The notes below the pieces were generated by a model. It was not told the DNA's origin, searched no databases, and was given only the letters and a program-made list of their open reading frames with translations. The position numbers and the translations under genes are program-made. From NCBI RefSeq assembly GCF_009914755.1, contig NC_060932.1: a stretch of 64,000 nucleotides of DNA; one strand, written 5' to 3'. Each line of letters begins with the position of its first letter. The first letter of the stretch is position 1. The DNA is from the human T2T-CHM13v2.0 reference genome, Homo sapiens. Shown here in pieces: positions 1-29,418 of this stretch.

Positions 1-438
1 GTTCCTCCCATGTCCATACGCTGACCCCTCACTCATGCTCCCAGACCCCTCTGGACACCGTGCTGCTGGCAGATGCTGTGCTCCTGGGAGGTGGGATGCA
101 AGCTGAACCTTGCTCACTCCCTTTGGGCTAAATGACAGGTGAGCACTGGGCACAGCAAATGTGACTGGCCACAGCCTCATCTGCAGGGGCAACAAGTTTC
201 CCACACAAGATCCCGTTACCATCCCACACACCCCGTCTCCATCTCTCTGGATCCTTGTTCAGACACAGTGTTTTTATCAACACCCACAGAGGAAAATGGG
301 TAAATGCGAAAACTCGTTTTTGCAGCTTTAAATTACCTATGTCCTCAGAATGTAGCAGAATTCACAGCTGGCTGGGAAAAGCTATAATACATGCACTGCA
401 CACACTAACGCGTTTGAATATAAATAAGCGTATCTTTA

Positions 439-675
<237 letters not shown>

Positions 676-1062
676 TCAATGTATCCCAATATCCATAAAC
701 TATGATGTTAAATGCTAACACTTTCCCTTTTTGGCTTGTATTTTGTAGTGTCATTGTTCTCTTCTTAACTACCACTTTACACCAACAAACACCAGGTACA
801 GTTTTGTATCTATCCTGGAGCCAAATCCTTCCATTAGAGTGCCCATTCTGCATGAAGCACAGTTTGAATCCTGGGCTGGGAACATAAGGGGCAACTGGTG
901 GTTATTGAATTTATTCCAGGAGCATGAAGCAGGCCACACGAGCCAGTAATATTGAAGCTGCAAGCAAAATATCAAAGTAGAAATTAAACAAATGGAAACA
1001 GAGGACCACTTGACTCCATTTAAATGTAGGTCATGTTGCTTAGAGAGGCCATTGTCTCTCTC

Positions 1063-1820
<758 letters not shown>

Positions 1821-2336
1821 TCAGCAGGTAACAACTGGCCAAACAAAAATGCAAGCCCAGCGCGGGCCAGATGGTGCACAAGCAACACAGAGCTGGGTCT
1901 GGTCAGTGGAGTGCGTGGCTGTCGGGAATATAAGAGGGAGATGGAAGTCGGCTCCTGCACTCAGTGTCCTGCACAGATGCTAGTAGCATCATGGAAGGAG
2001 AAGACAAGGCCCCACAACTGAGGTGAGGCAGGACATAGTGAATGAGACGGAAGCAGGTAACTATTGAAAAAAACAAAATAATCGGCAAGAAGCTAAGCAA
2101 AGCAGGCACTAAATAAAAATGCAGAAAAGGCTGATTTGTTCCATAAGCTGGTGGGACGTCTGAATGGTGATGGGTGGGGAAATTTAATTAACAAAAGTCA
2201 TAAAAGAACGGTCTACAGTTCTTTTAATTCAAAAAAATTTAAAATTCATGATTTTTAATATTAAAAAATTTGTGTCATTCAAATAAATAGGAAGCACGGA
2301 GTATGTCAATTTTCCACATAAGAAAATTGGCTGTGC

Positions 2337-2899
2337 GTGCCATCCCATTACTGGGTATATACCCAAAGGACTATAAATCATGCTGCTATAAAGACACATG
2401 CACACGTATGTTTATTGCGGCACTATTCACAATAGCAAAGACTTGGAACCAACCCAAATGTCCAACAATGATAGACTGGATTAAGAAAATGTGGCACATA
2501 TACACCATGGAATACTATGCAGCCATAAAAAATGATGAGTTCATGTCCTTTGTAGGGACATGGATGAAATTGGAAATCATCATTCTCAGTAAACTATCGC
2601 AAGGACAAAAAATCAAACACCACATGTTCTCACTCATAGGTGGGAACTGAACAATGAGAACACATGGACACAGGAAGGGGAACATCATACTCTGGGGACT
2701 GTTGTGGGGTGGGGGGAAGGGGGAGGGATAGCATTAGGAGATATACCTAATGCTAAATGATGAGTTAATGGGTGCAGCACACCAGCATGGCACATGTATA
2801 CATATGTAACTAACCTGCACATTGTGCACATGTACCCTAAAACTTAAAGTATAATAATAATTTAGAAAATAAATAAATAAAAACAAATACATAAATAAA
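2337..2899 (+). mobile_element. 5'-truncated primate L1 (L1PA2-5-like): ORF2 C-terminus, 3'UTR and A-rich tail
   Basis: Translates to ORF2p end (AIPLLGIYPKDYKSCCYKDTCTRMFIAALF...MFSLIGGN); G-rich 3'UTR; 17-bp TSD aagaaaattggctgtgc at 2320-2336 and 2900-2916; GAG rather than the L1HS-Ta ACA diagnostic. Confidence 0.95.
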
Positions 2900-2937
2900 A
2901 AGAAAATTGGCTGTGCATAACTGTCAAATATATTTTA

Positions 2938-3643
<706 letters not shown>

Positions 3644-4320
3644 TAATAAAAATAAATGTTGAAAGTATAAGAAACTGACTTCAAATACTGACTAGGGAAT
3701 TTCTTGAACTCACATATTAATGAAAAATGTTCTTTGTTAGAAGTAACTGTATCAAAGCCCACAGAGGCTAAGCAATTGAAACTTTATGAATTAACTTTTT
3801 ATTCAAGCATCATCATTCTGCAATTTTTCAAAGCACCTAATTCTGTTATAAAAAATAGGAAATGGGTACTAATGTGTTTGTACATATATTAATAATCCAG
3901 AGTAGATCTTTAAATTGGCACTGTGGCCCATAGCTAATGAAGCAACAGGCACTGCTACATTTAAAGTTCTAGTTCTGCTTTGACTGTGTGGTTCTGGGCA
4001 AGTAACTGAACCAGCGCTGGCTAAGTCTGCAGTGTCCAGAGGTGCGATAACAGTGTTGAAACTAGGAGGCCTGATCAACCACATGCCCTCCTTGCCCATG
4101 ATGTGACAGTTCTCTGCCAAAGTTATCTCACATACAGGATCACAACTACTGGCCCTGCTTATCATGCAAGGCTGTTATGAACTACAACCATACTCTGTGT
4201 AATTATTATTATATGGGTATATGGATACTAATATTAACATCAGCAAACTCCTCCTCTTCCCCTCAAAAAAGCCCATATAATTATTTAGCAATCATAAGGA
4301 TAATTTTCTTCTTCTTCTTC

Positions 4321-4490
4321 TTTTTTTAGAAACAGGGTCTCACTACACTGCCCAGGCCAGAATACAGTGGCTACTCACACAGGCACAATCATGGCTCACT
4401 GCAGCCTCGAACTCCTGATCTCAAGCCATCCTCCCGCCTCAGACTCCCCAGTAGCTGGGACTATGGGTGCGTGCCACCACATCCAACTAG
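4321..4490 (-). mobile_element. Alu monomer (FRAM/AluJ-like)
   Basis: gaaacagggtctcact...gtgccaccac. Confidence 0.75.
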
Positions 4491-4726
4491 GATGATCTTC
4501 TGCTCTTGGGATCAGTGTACAAAGAGTGCTTCTCCTCTAGACACCTTTATTGAGGCTGATGCTTAAGAGCTGGTCTGGGAACCAGCTGGATCATGCCTGA
4601 TCAGAATGCTAGCACACACCCTCAGACACAGGGCAACAGAGCGGGGGACCAAACCCAAACCTGTACAAGAAAGCTTTCTTCCTTTAATGTAGTCTTAAAG
4701 ACTAAACTATTTTGGGAGGAAATGGC

Positions 4727-5334
<608 letters not shown>

Positions 5335-5451
5335 GAAATGGCTTTTCATGTTTGTTTACATCTTATATGCAAACACAAAGTTTTCAAAATAATTAAACTA
5401 TCATTCTCTGGCTCACTTTGCTATATTCCCTGAAATTACTGCAAAGATTTA

Positions 5452-5787
<336 letters not shown>

Positions 5788-5869
5788 CTAATTGGCCTGC
5801 TTCCCCCTTTGCACGACACAATCCACCTTAGAGTAGCGAATCCATTTCTTTAGCTTCAATTATGTCTCT

Positions 5870-7920
<2,051 letters not shown>

Positions 7921-9115
7921 TGGATGTCTTTTTAAATCTACACCTCTAATTCTCTCTCAAGCTTCAAAAGACATTTTCATCAGACTTTGGTCTTCCTAAT
8001 TACTGCCATTTCAACCGCCCAGGCTAGAAATCCGAGTTGTTTCTAGCCAGACACTCTCATCACTCCTGTCACCTCAGGTTCTCCTGGATCTCCTTACAGA
8101 GCACCTCTCTTGCCCTGCTCACTCCCACCCCACTCCCCTAGTGTGGAGCTTCCTGGTCTTTCTCTGCCTTTGCTTTCCCCAGAGCTGTCAATCTCCCACA
8201 CAGCTTACAACTAGCCAGCATGCATGGAACCTTCAATGGCCTCCTGATCCCGGTAAGGATGCAGTCTCCCGCCCTCTGCAAACCCAGTGCCATCCCATGT
8301 CCAAATCCTTCCATGCCCATAAAGCCTACCCTAAATCACATCCCCCTTCCCCAGACACCTCCCTGTCCAAGGCAGAAGCTCTTCTCTTCCCTGCGCCCTC
8401 CAGGCTTTGCTGACATCTCTCTTCTTTGCCCACCAGTGCTGTTGTCATCATGTGTGCAGCCCCCACTCTTACTAGACAGTAACAATGGCAGGGAACATGT
8501 CTTTCCCCTCATCATGCCAGACAGTTTCCTAACTACACTGGGTCCTCTCCCCATGACCCCAACTCCCTCACCACTAAGTCCTTCAGTTCAGATCGCCCCT
8601 TCTGGCCACACCCTGCTTTTCTCTCATCCAGTTCCTGCTCTGCCTGCCTCTAATTGGATTTTCTGTTATTTGCAATATAAAAATTCTTACTTGATATTAC
8701 ACTCATCCAAAGAAAAATCTATAAATGAGCATTTAAAGCTACAAAAAAGAAGTATTATTTCTACTAGAATATCATCCTTTGCCTTGCAATAGCAATTGAT
8801 AGAGGGTCATTAACATAGCAAGCTTCTGTAGTATGTTTAAAGATTATATACATTTAAATAGATTACATGCAATTTTTAAGCAATGTATACTTAATATCAA
8901 GAAGGGGTCCTAGTATTAAATGATAATTCCTACAAAGTAAACCTAAAAATAATTTGTAACTAACTGGTAAGGATTCATTTTGTTAACGATCAAACTTGAC
9001 ATTAGGTTTATCTGCTTTTCAAGTAACAGCTAACAATCATTTTGAAATGATTAACAGGAATATAATAAACTCTAGAGGCTTTCTGGAGAGTTTTGAATAA
9101 GTGCTCCTTCAAGTT

Positions 9116-9243
9116 TCCTTTTTCTCTGAGACAGGCTCTCATTCTGTTGCCCAAGCTGGTCTCTAATTTCTGGGCTCAAGTGATCCGCCTGCCTTGGCCT
9201 CTCAAAATGCTGAGATTACAGGTGTGAGCCACTGCACCCGGCC
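9116..9243 (-). mobile_element. FLAM_C-like Alu monomer
   Basis: Single left-monomer sequence ending cactgcacccggcc. Confidence 0.8.
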
Positions 9244-9339
9244 AAGTTTACTTATAAAGAGAGAAAAAAAATAACACCTACCAATTATTTTAAGGTTCAG
9301 ACTCTAAAGAAAAGCTAAAATTAGAGAAAAGCTAATTTA

Positions 9340-9657
<318 letters not shown>

Positions 9658-9674
9658 TTAGTAAATGTTTGTTC

Positions 9675-11270
<1,596 letters not shown>

Positions 11271-11273
11271 GTG

Positions 11274-11412
11274 GAAGGAAAGAAAGAAAGGAAAGAAGAA
11301 AAGGAAAGGAAAAAGAGGAAAAAAGGAGAGGAAAGGAGAGGGGAGGGGAGTGCAGGGGAGTAGAGGGGAAGGGAGGGTATGGGAGGGAGGGGGAGGGGAG
11401 GGGAGAAGGAAA
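11274..11412 (+). repeat. Polypurine low-complexity tract (GAAA/GGAGGG) derived from an Alu tail
   Basis: About 140 nt almost entirely A/G. Confidence 0.85.
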
Positions 11413-11924
11413 CACTGCAGGAAGATAAACCATCATGCTTCACATCTCTTTTTCCTTTTTCCTCTTTTTTTGTTACTCCCAAGATACAACCCTTGCTGGC
11501 CATTTCCTGTTCTCACCACACTGCTCTGGGCTCCTCATCCCCACACCAACCACAGTGCTGGCTCATTCCCTAAAGCTACCACTGATTTTAAGCTTTCACT
11601 GTTTTTAATCATAAAAATAAATACAAGTGGGTACTGGATTAACATTTCAATAAATAATGAATGACTGGATCCATAAATGTCTCCTACCAGTGTGAATAAA
11701 GTGCCTGGGATCTCAGGAAAGGGAGGTGGGAACGTCCACAGAATGAGACAGACTTCCTTGGGCTGTGAAGGGTGCATGCAATTTTAGGAGTGGAGTTGAC
11801 AAGGGAGTCCCAGACAGAGGGAACAAATTAAACAAAGGCAGAGAAGAGTTACACTGCGTGACATGTTCTCACATCAAATCAGGGAGAATAAACCAAGAAG
11901 AGAACCATCTTTTCTAAAAACAAG

Positions 11925-19083
<7,159 letters not shown>

Positions 19084-19696
19084 GTAGTAGTGGAGGAAAT
19101 AATGGGAGACCATGACACTTGGGGTCAGAGTCCTTAAGTCCTATTTCCTACACACATTTGTGTGCCATAAACCTCTCTGATTTTATTACATGGTTAGTAC
19201 CTGCCCTATGGATTCCACAGGTTAGTTACAGGATGGAGAAGATGAGGACATGAACATGACCTGAGACCTGGGAAAGTGACACATGACTGTGTAATGGAGT
19301 TGGGAGGTAGGAGGCAAGAATGTCAAAAATCCTAGTTATAAAAAATAGGATAATAAAAATCATTATGTAGTCGTCTTCTTTGTTGTCATCTAACTACTTA
19401 ACATTCCGTTGTGAGAGAAGCAAATGCACACTGACCCTGTCTCCCTTCCTGGAGGTGCAGGTTCAGGATCAGCCACCAGCACCTCCCGACAGCAGCGTCC
19501 CCACAGGGCAAGCGGGAAAGAGGACACTGCAGACACGGAGAGCTCTATCGGAACTACTTACATGGGAAACAGGAAGGATGGAAAACAGCTGTGCTAGGCT
19601 CAAATCCCACATTTCTCTAAACCATGGTTTGGAAGAAAAACCATTCCAACAATTTCAAAAAACAATCCACATTTGACTGAAAGGGACCACGTCTTA

Positions 19697-19849
<153 letters not shown>

Positions 19850-20055
19850 TTATAAGATCAAATGACAAAGGTCATTATCAGTAAATAGAAAATTCAAACT
19901 TCCTGCCCAAATTACAAAAAAGTCCTTTCTTTTACAAAAGGAACACAAAGTTACCATACTAAATTTAATATATTCTGACATTTAAACTCAATTGCTTAAG
20001 GACAGAGAATAAAGATGGAGAAATAAACATGCACAAATTCTTTTTACATTTATTA

Positions 20056-20330
20056 CAGGTCTACAGTCCATCTGTAATATCAAAATCTAAAAAGCACTGA
20101 TAACTAAAAAGATTTTCATGGGGTTGAAGCAAATTTTCTTGGCAAAAAAAATCTGATCTTCATTGGTATAGGGCTACTTAGTCTTTGTTTATGGCATCAA
20201 TGTGAATATTCATAACTTAAGCTGTAGAGTTACAGAATACTGCCCTAGCCCCTGGCATGTACACAGGTAATATTTCTAGTGTCCAAAACATTCTGGCCTC
20301 AAAGGTCTCAGCAAAGAGATTCATAATAAT
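20056..20330 (+). mobile_element. MER46C-like Tigger MITE
   Basis: caggtctacagtcc...aaaagcactga...gtgaatattcata...ctggcctcaaaggtctcag resembles the recalled consensus. Confidence 0.6.
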
Positions 20331-20546
20331 CTTCACAAAACTGAAAATTCACATTGTTAATGTGTTTTTCTTTCTGTTGGGGGAAAACAGCAGTCAGGAA
20401 CACAAGATTAGATGAGACAGTCCTGGGTTCAAAATTAAAATCTTTCACTTATTAGCTTAGGCAAGTCATTCAATCTCTATAAGCCTCTAAAAAATGAGGA
20501 GAAAAAAATCCATCTCATAAAGTTGTTATAAAGACTAGGTAATATT

Positions 20547-20874
<328 letters not shown>

Positions 20875-21575
20875 TTAACATAGCTCCTGAAAGTAGAATG
20901 CACTTAATAAATGATACGTCATTAATATGATTAATATGTACTTGAAAAATAATTTTCCAAAATTAAAATAGAAAATAACTAGGTAGACATAAATATCAGT
21001 TTTTATCAGTATTCTGAAAGCATCTTTTGTAATTAATTTTAATTATTTAGGACAAAAATGAAATTCAGATTAACAAACAAAACATTTTACCTTTGCAAAG
21101 ATGTACTCTTCCCCTTAGACTCTTGGGTGGCCTCCCATAGGCACTGGGATAAAACCCACTCATCAGCGATACAAAGGCCTTCCTGATGTGGGCCCTGCTG
21201 CCCGCAGCCTTCCTGCCCTCCCTTCAAGCCAGGGCACCCAGAGCCCTCAGCGTGCACCTCAGGGGCACCACAGCTTTCCGTCTGCAAGCCCCTGCCTCTT
21301 CCCCACTGCTCAGGACCCTCCTCCAGGAGTCCTGCACCCTCTCAGGCCAGGGTGGGCCCCACCATCCTTGTGGGCAGGTATCCTCTGGAGTCACCCCGCT
21401 ACTCCAAAAGCTTCATTAAGGTAAGCAACATGTTTTCTTTCACTTTGCAGCCCTGATGCCTAGAACTCTGCCTGACCATTTTAAACATTTATTTCAATGA
21501 TCTGAAAATAGGTATTTGTAGAGGAAATTCGATGGAGTTTCCAACCCATACATTAAGAAACATGCACTTTCACTA

Positions 21576-21788
<213 letters not shown>

Positions 21789-22378
21789 TTACAAATGCCA
21801 TGTTATAAATCAATCAAGCTGTGACTTTAAGTTTTTAACAGTACTCTAAATTATGAAATGTAGCAATTATTCTATAAATATGCCTCAGAATGGTTAATAA
21901 TTAGATCACAGACAGTTAACAAATAGTTTAAATTTTAAAAAAAAATTTAAGGTTTCAATAACATTTTGGCTCAATGAAATCAATAAAACTGACATCACCA
22001 GGCTATCACTGCCTCGACTTGCCACCAAGTTTTAACAATCCTAACATCCTATAATGTAAAACTGCTGACTACAGAAGCCAATTCTTTTTTTGATAAACTT
22101 CCTCAAGAGTGCTAATCAACTTCAACACATTAAATAAAAATGAAAACAATGAATGAATATGCTTCTATGCTAAATGTCACTAACCTATACTAAATGTTAT
22201 TAATAAACTTTATACAAGACATTCACTTACAAACAAACAACTGTCAGGAAAAGATTCGCAGAAAAGCAAAAAGGAAAGAAAGAGTGGCAGCAAACAATCA
22301 GGAAAGATCAACCCCTGCTCTTCTCTACAAAGCAACCAAACTTCCATTCCGCTACCCCAAATAGAAAAGTCTACTCTT

Positions 22379-22650
22379 GGTCAGGAGCGTTGGCTCACGT
22401 CTGTAATCCCAGCACTTTGGGAGACTGAGGCAGGTGAATCACCTGACGTCAGGAGTTCAAGACCAGCCTGGCCAACATGGTTAAACCTCGTCTCTACTAA
22501 AAATACTAAAATTAGCCGAGGGCCTGTAATCCCAGCTACCCGGGAGGCTGAGGCAGGAGAATCACTTGAACCAGATTGCGCCATTGCACTCCACTGTCTA
22601 GGCGACAAAAGAGAAACTTGGTCTCAAAAAACAAACAAACAAACAAAAAA
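22379..22650 (+). mobile_element. AluS with internal deletions
   Basis: Alu motifs, (AAAC)n tail. Confidence 0.85.
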
Positions 22651-22879
22651 ACACCCTACTCTCAAGTGTTCTTTAAGAGTATGAGAAAGGTAACAAAAAG
22701 GAAAAAAAATGAAACCTTTCTAAAATAGAAAAAAAAGATTTAAAAAGGCATTAAGATAAAGGACAGAATGAACAGCATTATTGGAAGAACAGAAAGAAGG
22801 AAATAGGTGGTATGAAAATAGTACTTGAAAATTTTTGTTGATTTTTTTCATGAGTTTACTGAGTTTTAAAAATATCCTA

Positions 22880-23191
<312 letters not shown>

Positions 23192-23827
23192 CTAAGGAAC
23201 ATAAAAATATACTTGTAACTACAGAAGGCCAATTTGAGTATGTCTAATTATTTTATTTCTATTATATTCTTTGCTATACTTTCACAGGTCAAGATTTAAA
23301 GTCAAAGCGATGATGTTTGATGTCTGAAACAGTAAACCTCCAATTTTTAAAACAAATTCATCTAAAATAGCTTGTTTTGTAACCACAAAATATATAGGAA
23401 CACGTTCTACAAAAAATGGGAACTACTTTTGGCTGGAAGATGATTTGGATGTTACGTACAAACTGAGGAATTTACAAGCACAGTCAGGATAGGTATGGTG
23501 TGGAGAAAAGCGGAGAGCCTCTTGTCACAGGAGCTGGGAGGCCTGTGTTTAGCCAGTGATCCGGGGCGACTTCTTGTAATATAAGAGACAACAGGAAATA
23601 TGCTCCTATGTAGTCATACTAGGAATGTTAATATTTATTTTAAAATGCATTGCATTCACTTTGAAAAGATGATTAGCTAAAAGTGATAAGAGATTTAACA
23701 ATACTATGGGGTTTGTAGGTGGACTCAGGTCATGCAATTCCCTAGTGCTTCACAAGTACTACCTGTTTTTGAAATGTTTTAAACAATTTTGTTAAGTAGA
23801 AAACACCTATCTAAAATAATTATTTCA

Positions 23828-24040
<213 letters not shown>

Positions 24041-24248
24041 CTAGTGGAGAAAAGTTAATAAAATTATTTTACAAAGTTGGAAAGAATACCAATGAGAACA
24101 CGTAAAAAGGAGGAATGTAACAATCACACTAAAAACAATCCTTTTCAGATTTACGGAAAGGAGAGAGAAAAGAGAAGCTATTCAGAGTAACACTGAATGG
24201 AAGAAAAACCAAAAGGAATCCTACAGTACTAAATGAATAGAAAAACCC

Positions 24249-24550
24249 AGCTGGGCACGCTGGCTCACGCCTGTGATCCCACCACTGTGGGAGGCTAACG
24301 CACATGGATCACCTGAGCCCAGGAGTTTGAGACTAGCCTAGGCAACATGGCCTACAAAAAACGCAAAAACTCTCTACAAAAAACACAAAAACTAGCTAGG
24401 TACGATGGCAAGCACCTGCAGTCCCAGCTACTTGGGAGGCTGAGGTGAGAAGATCACTTGGGCCCAGGAGGTTGAGGCTGCAGTAAGCTGAGATTGTGTC
24501 ACTGCACTGCAGCCTGGGTGACCCTGTTTTAAGAGAGAAAAAAAAAAAAA
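24249..24550 (+). mobile_element. AluJ-like
   Basis: Alu motifs, A tail. Confidence 0.85.
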
Positions 24551-24756
24551 AGCCACAAAAATCCTAACTAGGAGGAAGCCATTTCTCTGAGAAACTTACC
24601 AATGAAACCAATTACTAAGACTGAAGACTTTCAATCACAATAACTTGATTTACATCTCTACTGGGGGTTATTTACCACGTAACAAGTTCTTAGAATAAAA
24701 TTAGAATACAGGACATTTGTAGAAAATTGCAGAGGATTTTAAAACCTGGGCTGCTC

Positions 24757-25078
<322 letters not shown>

Positions 25079-25182
25079 TCACAGGTCACAGACCCTGAAT
25101 TTCAACACCTACACTTGAATAGCCACTGACGGAATGTACAAAACTGAACTTATATTCATCTTCCCAAATTCTTCTTTACCTC

Positions 25183-25825
25183 TGATGTAATTTGAATATG
25201 TGTCCCCACCTAAACCTCATGTTGAAATGTAATCCTCAATGTCAGAGGTGGGGCCTGGTGAGAGGTGTTTGGATCAATGGGGGGCAGATCCCTCATGAAT
25301 GAAGTGGGCCATTCCCTTGGTGATGAGTGATCCTAGCACTTTGGGAGGCCCAGGCATGATGGCTTGAGCTCAGGAGTTCCCAACCAGCCTGGGCAACATA
25401 GTGACACCTCATCTCTACAAAAAAATTTCAAAAATTAGCCAGGCATGTTGGTGCATGCCTGAAGTCCCAGCTACTCAGGTGGCTGAGGTGGGAGGACCGC
25501 CGGAGCCTGGGAGCCATGATAGTGCCACTGCACTCCAGCCTGGGTGACAGAATGAGACTCTGCCTCTAAATAAATAAAAGTATATGGCACCCCCTCCCCA
25601 ACTGTCTCTCTTTTGCTACTGCCTTTCACCATGTGAAATGCCTACTCCTGCTTCGCCTTCTACCAATGCATAAAAGCTTCCCAAGGCCTCCCCTGAAGCC
25701 AAGCAGAAGGCAGCACCATACTTCCTGTGCAGCCCGTGGAACCGTGAACCAATTAAACCTCTTTTCTTTATAAATTGCCCAGTGTCAGGTATTTCTCTAC
25801 AGAAATGCAAGAACAGCCTAATACA
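25183..25825 (+). mobile_element. MST (MSTB-like) MaLR solo LTR interrupted by an AluJ fragment (~25330-25580)
   Basis: TG...CA termini; ctcatgttgaaatgtaatcc, ggtggggcctggtg, ccaattaaacctcttttctttataaatt, ctaataca. Confidence 0.85.
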
Positions 25826-26081
25826 ATTTCTTTATAATTTTTTTTTTTAACTAACTGAAAGAAAACAACCTATTCAAACAGAAACTGTGTAAGAGCAGAG
25901 AAATAATATACAGTTTCATAGTATGGTAGGCCCTAACTTAAGTGAACAACCTATAAGGAAACCAATTTTCTTCCTCATCAACATTGTAACGAAAAGACAT
26001 TGAACCAACAAGGATCTGCTGTACCTCGTTTTGCTTAAAGTCATAGTTCAGCAGAAAACAAAAGTGTTGAAGTAAATGTCA

Positions 26082-26270
<189 letters not shown>

Positions 26271-26482
26271 TCAATGAACACTCCAGTATTTTAAAAGTAT
26301 TTATTCTAATGAAATGATAGTAAATCAAGTTGCCACACATTATATTAACAAGAGACATAAAGTGTTACTTTAATTTTGCTAAAAATATAAAATTTAAGAA
26401 ACTATGAAGTTGCCCTTAGGTTTTATAACTTTAATCATACATAAGCCAGAAATTATTCAGATGTGCATTTAAAGTGGAATCT

Positions 26483-26741
26483 GGGACGGGCGTGGCGGCT
26501 CACCTGAGGTCAGGAGTTCAGATCAGCCTGGCCAACATGGTGAAACCCCATCTCTACTAAAAATACAAAAAATTAGCTGGGCATGGTGGCGCATGCCTGT
26601 AGTCCCAGCTACTTGGGAGGCTGAGGCAGAGAACTGCTTGAACCCAGGAGGTGGAGGTTGCAGTGAACCAATCACCCTACTGCACTCCAGCCTGGGCAAC
26701 AGCAAGACTCCGCCTCAAAAAAAAAAAAAAAAAAAAAAAAA
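26483..26741 (+). mobile_element. AluS with a left-arm deletion
   Basis: TSD aa(a/g)gtggaatctg; A tail. Confidence 0.88.
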
Positions 26742-27500
26742 GGTGGAATCTGAAAATATCAAAGGTTCACAGTGTATAAGATGTGTCATTACATAAGGTT
26801 CTCCAGTATTAATCCATTATAATATCTACAGGCGAACCATTTGGAATCCTTGTCTAGCTCCAAAAAACCCAGAAGCAAAAGAAAAAATAATCCTGACTAC
26901 TGATGCCATGTTTAATCCATGTTCTATGGACCATCTCAATTTGTTGGAGCATTCATTCATCTCTTTACCTTAACAAAATTCTGGCTTGACCCTTTCAATC
27001 AAGCTTCCCAGTCCATGATATTCTCAAAGTGTTTATGGGGTTTGTTCCCTTCCTCCAGGAAATTTCTTTCCATCTTGCAGTCTCAACCCAAATGTTATTT
27101 CTTCCTAAACCAGCCAGCCAAGGACTGCTCCCTCCTTAGTTCTCCTGCTGTTCAGTTCCCTTCTGGGTACTAAGCCTCTTGCATTTACATCAAAAGAGCC
27201 CTACAGGTTCTCTCCTAGAGCTTATGAATTCTGAATTCAATAAAATCTAGTAGATGCAGCTCTCTTATTGCCCTGATTACAGAATGTTAGGGGTAATAAA
27301 TCAGCAGTAAAGGTGGGTGGGTAGGTAGGTGATGGAGCAGCAGCTCATGGCCCCAGAGTCAGGGAAGAGGGAGAGCTACATTCTGCATAGACTCAGGAAA
27401 GAGATCACCTACATACCCCTATACTGGTTCCATTGTCCCTGGATTATGTTCACTATAACATGGTTAGAACAATGGCCATGACATATCAAAAAAAAGGCTA

Positions 27501-27788
<288 letters not shown>

Positions 27789-28903
27789 CTATGTTCACAA
27801 TGCTCTGCAAGGAATGCAAAAATATCACAAAAGTATGAGAATGTACTTAATACAGTTAGAAAAAAATGTTTAAAGTTTAGGCCCTTAAAAGTTGTTTGCT
27901 TCACTTACTTAGCAAATACACATTATGTATGTTTACCACTCCTGGAAATAGTAAACATACAAGGTGTCACTTCCTGTTCACTTACACATCTGAAGCAACA
28001 GGAGAAAACGGTTCCTAGGTAAAATCAGCATAGCTCAGAGGCCCTCTCTGAATGGCCCTGGCATTTTATCTTGTCTCTCTCAGTGCTCACCACCTCCTAC
28101 TTCAATTATGATTTATTTATGTGTAAAGTACATACATTTCCTACTAGATTGCTAGTTTTGTGAGTCTGTGATCAATGTCTAATCCAATTTCATGTCTCTT
28201 TGGTGCCTGGCACAGCACTTGTACACTCAGTGCTCAATCAGGACAGACATGAATTAACTACAAAACAGCACGAAGCACAAGGATCCCCTCCCTTACTTTT
28301 ACTATCTTTTCTCTTAAAACCTAAAGCTCTAAAAATCTGCACTACAAAATGAAGTTCAAGTTAAATTTCAATCTTAACCTAACAACCTCCTCAGAATTAG
28401 GCTTTCATATGATGAGATCACAGAGAAGGGAAGAATCAGACATAATGGAAAATGGTATAACTAGAAAATGGAATCTGTTTATCCCAAATAAACTAACTGA
28501 TTTAAACTCTTTCTAAAATCTTGAGTCCTGCTGAAAATACTAAATCTTCCTCCATTCAGTGTAGTGAAGCAGGAAATAACATAAAATATTAGGAACTATG
28601 ATTCACAGCTACACTTTACAAGAAACTAAACTTGGTGAATAATACTGAGTCCAAAAAATCATATACTGAAAGAAATCAGCAGGTTTAAATAACGTTCTCT
28701 TTCCTTGAGCAAGACATTACTTGTTGTGGCAACTGTTCTTGCCTTTGAGAATGGTACTCAGCCTGAAAGACTTTTCTTTTAAATTTCACATTAGTGTTAC
28801 TATCAACTTTATTAGCTCATTTTCTGCCAAATGAAGCCAAGTGTTTTCCGTATTGCTTTGGTCAAATCCAGTGTGCTCCCAAGAGCACCTGACCTCACAC
28901 TTA

Positions 28904-29221
<318 letters not shown>

Positions 29222-29366
29222 TCACCAGAAGTTTCTCTGTGTAATGCTATTAACACATTTTCCAACAATATTCAATTTGCTCAAAGGAGGAAATGACCTT
29301 TTAATTTTACGCTTCCATTCCAGGGATCAATTTAAAGCAAGAAAAGCACCTATCAAAATATGAAGA

Positions 29367-29367
<1 letters not shown>

Positions 29368-29416
<49 letters not shown>
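29368..29416. repeat. (CA)~24 microsatellite
   Basis: Uninterrupted CA run. Confidence 0.98.

Positions 29417-29418
<2 letters not shown>

Noticed and set aside
264-302. CACAGTG heptamer as a possible recombination signal sequence
   Set aside because: No ACAAAAACC-like nonamer at 12- or 23-bp spacing
8220-8792. 190-aa + strand ORF
   Set aside because: Pro/Leu/Ser-rich reading of a pyrimidine-rich, probably L2-derived region; no recognisable domain or splice support
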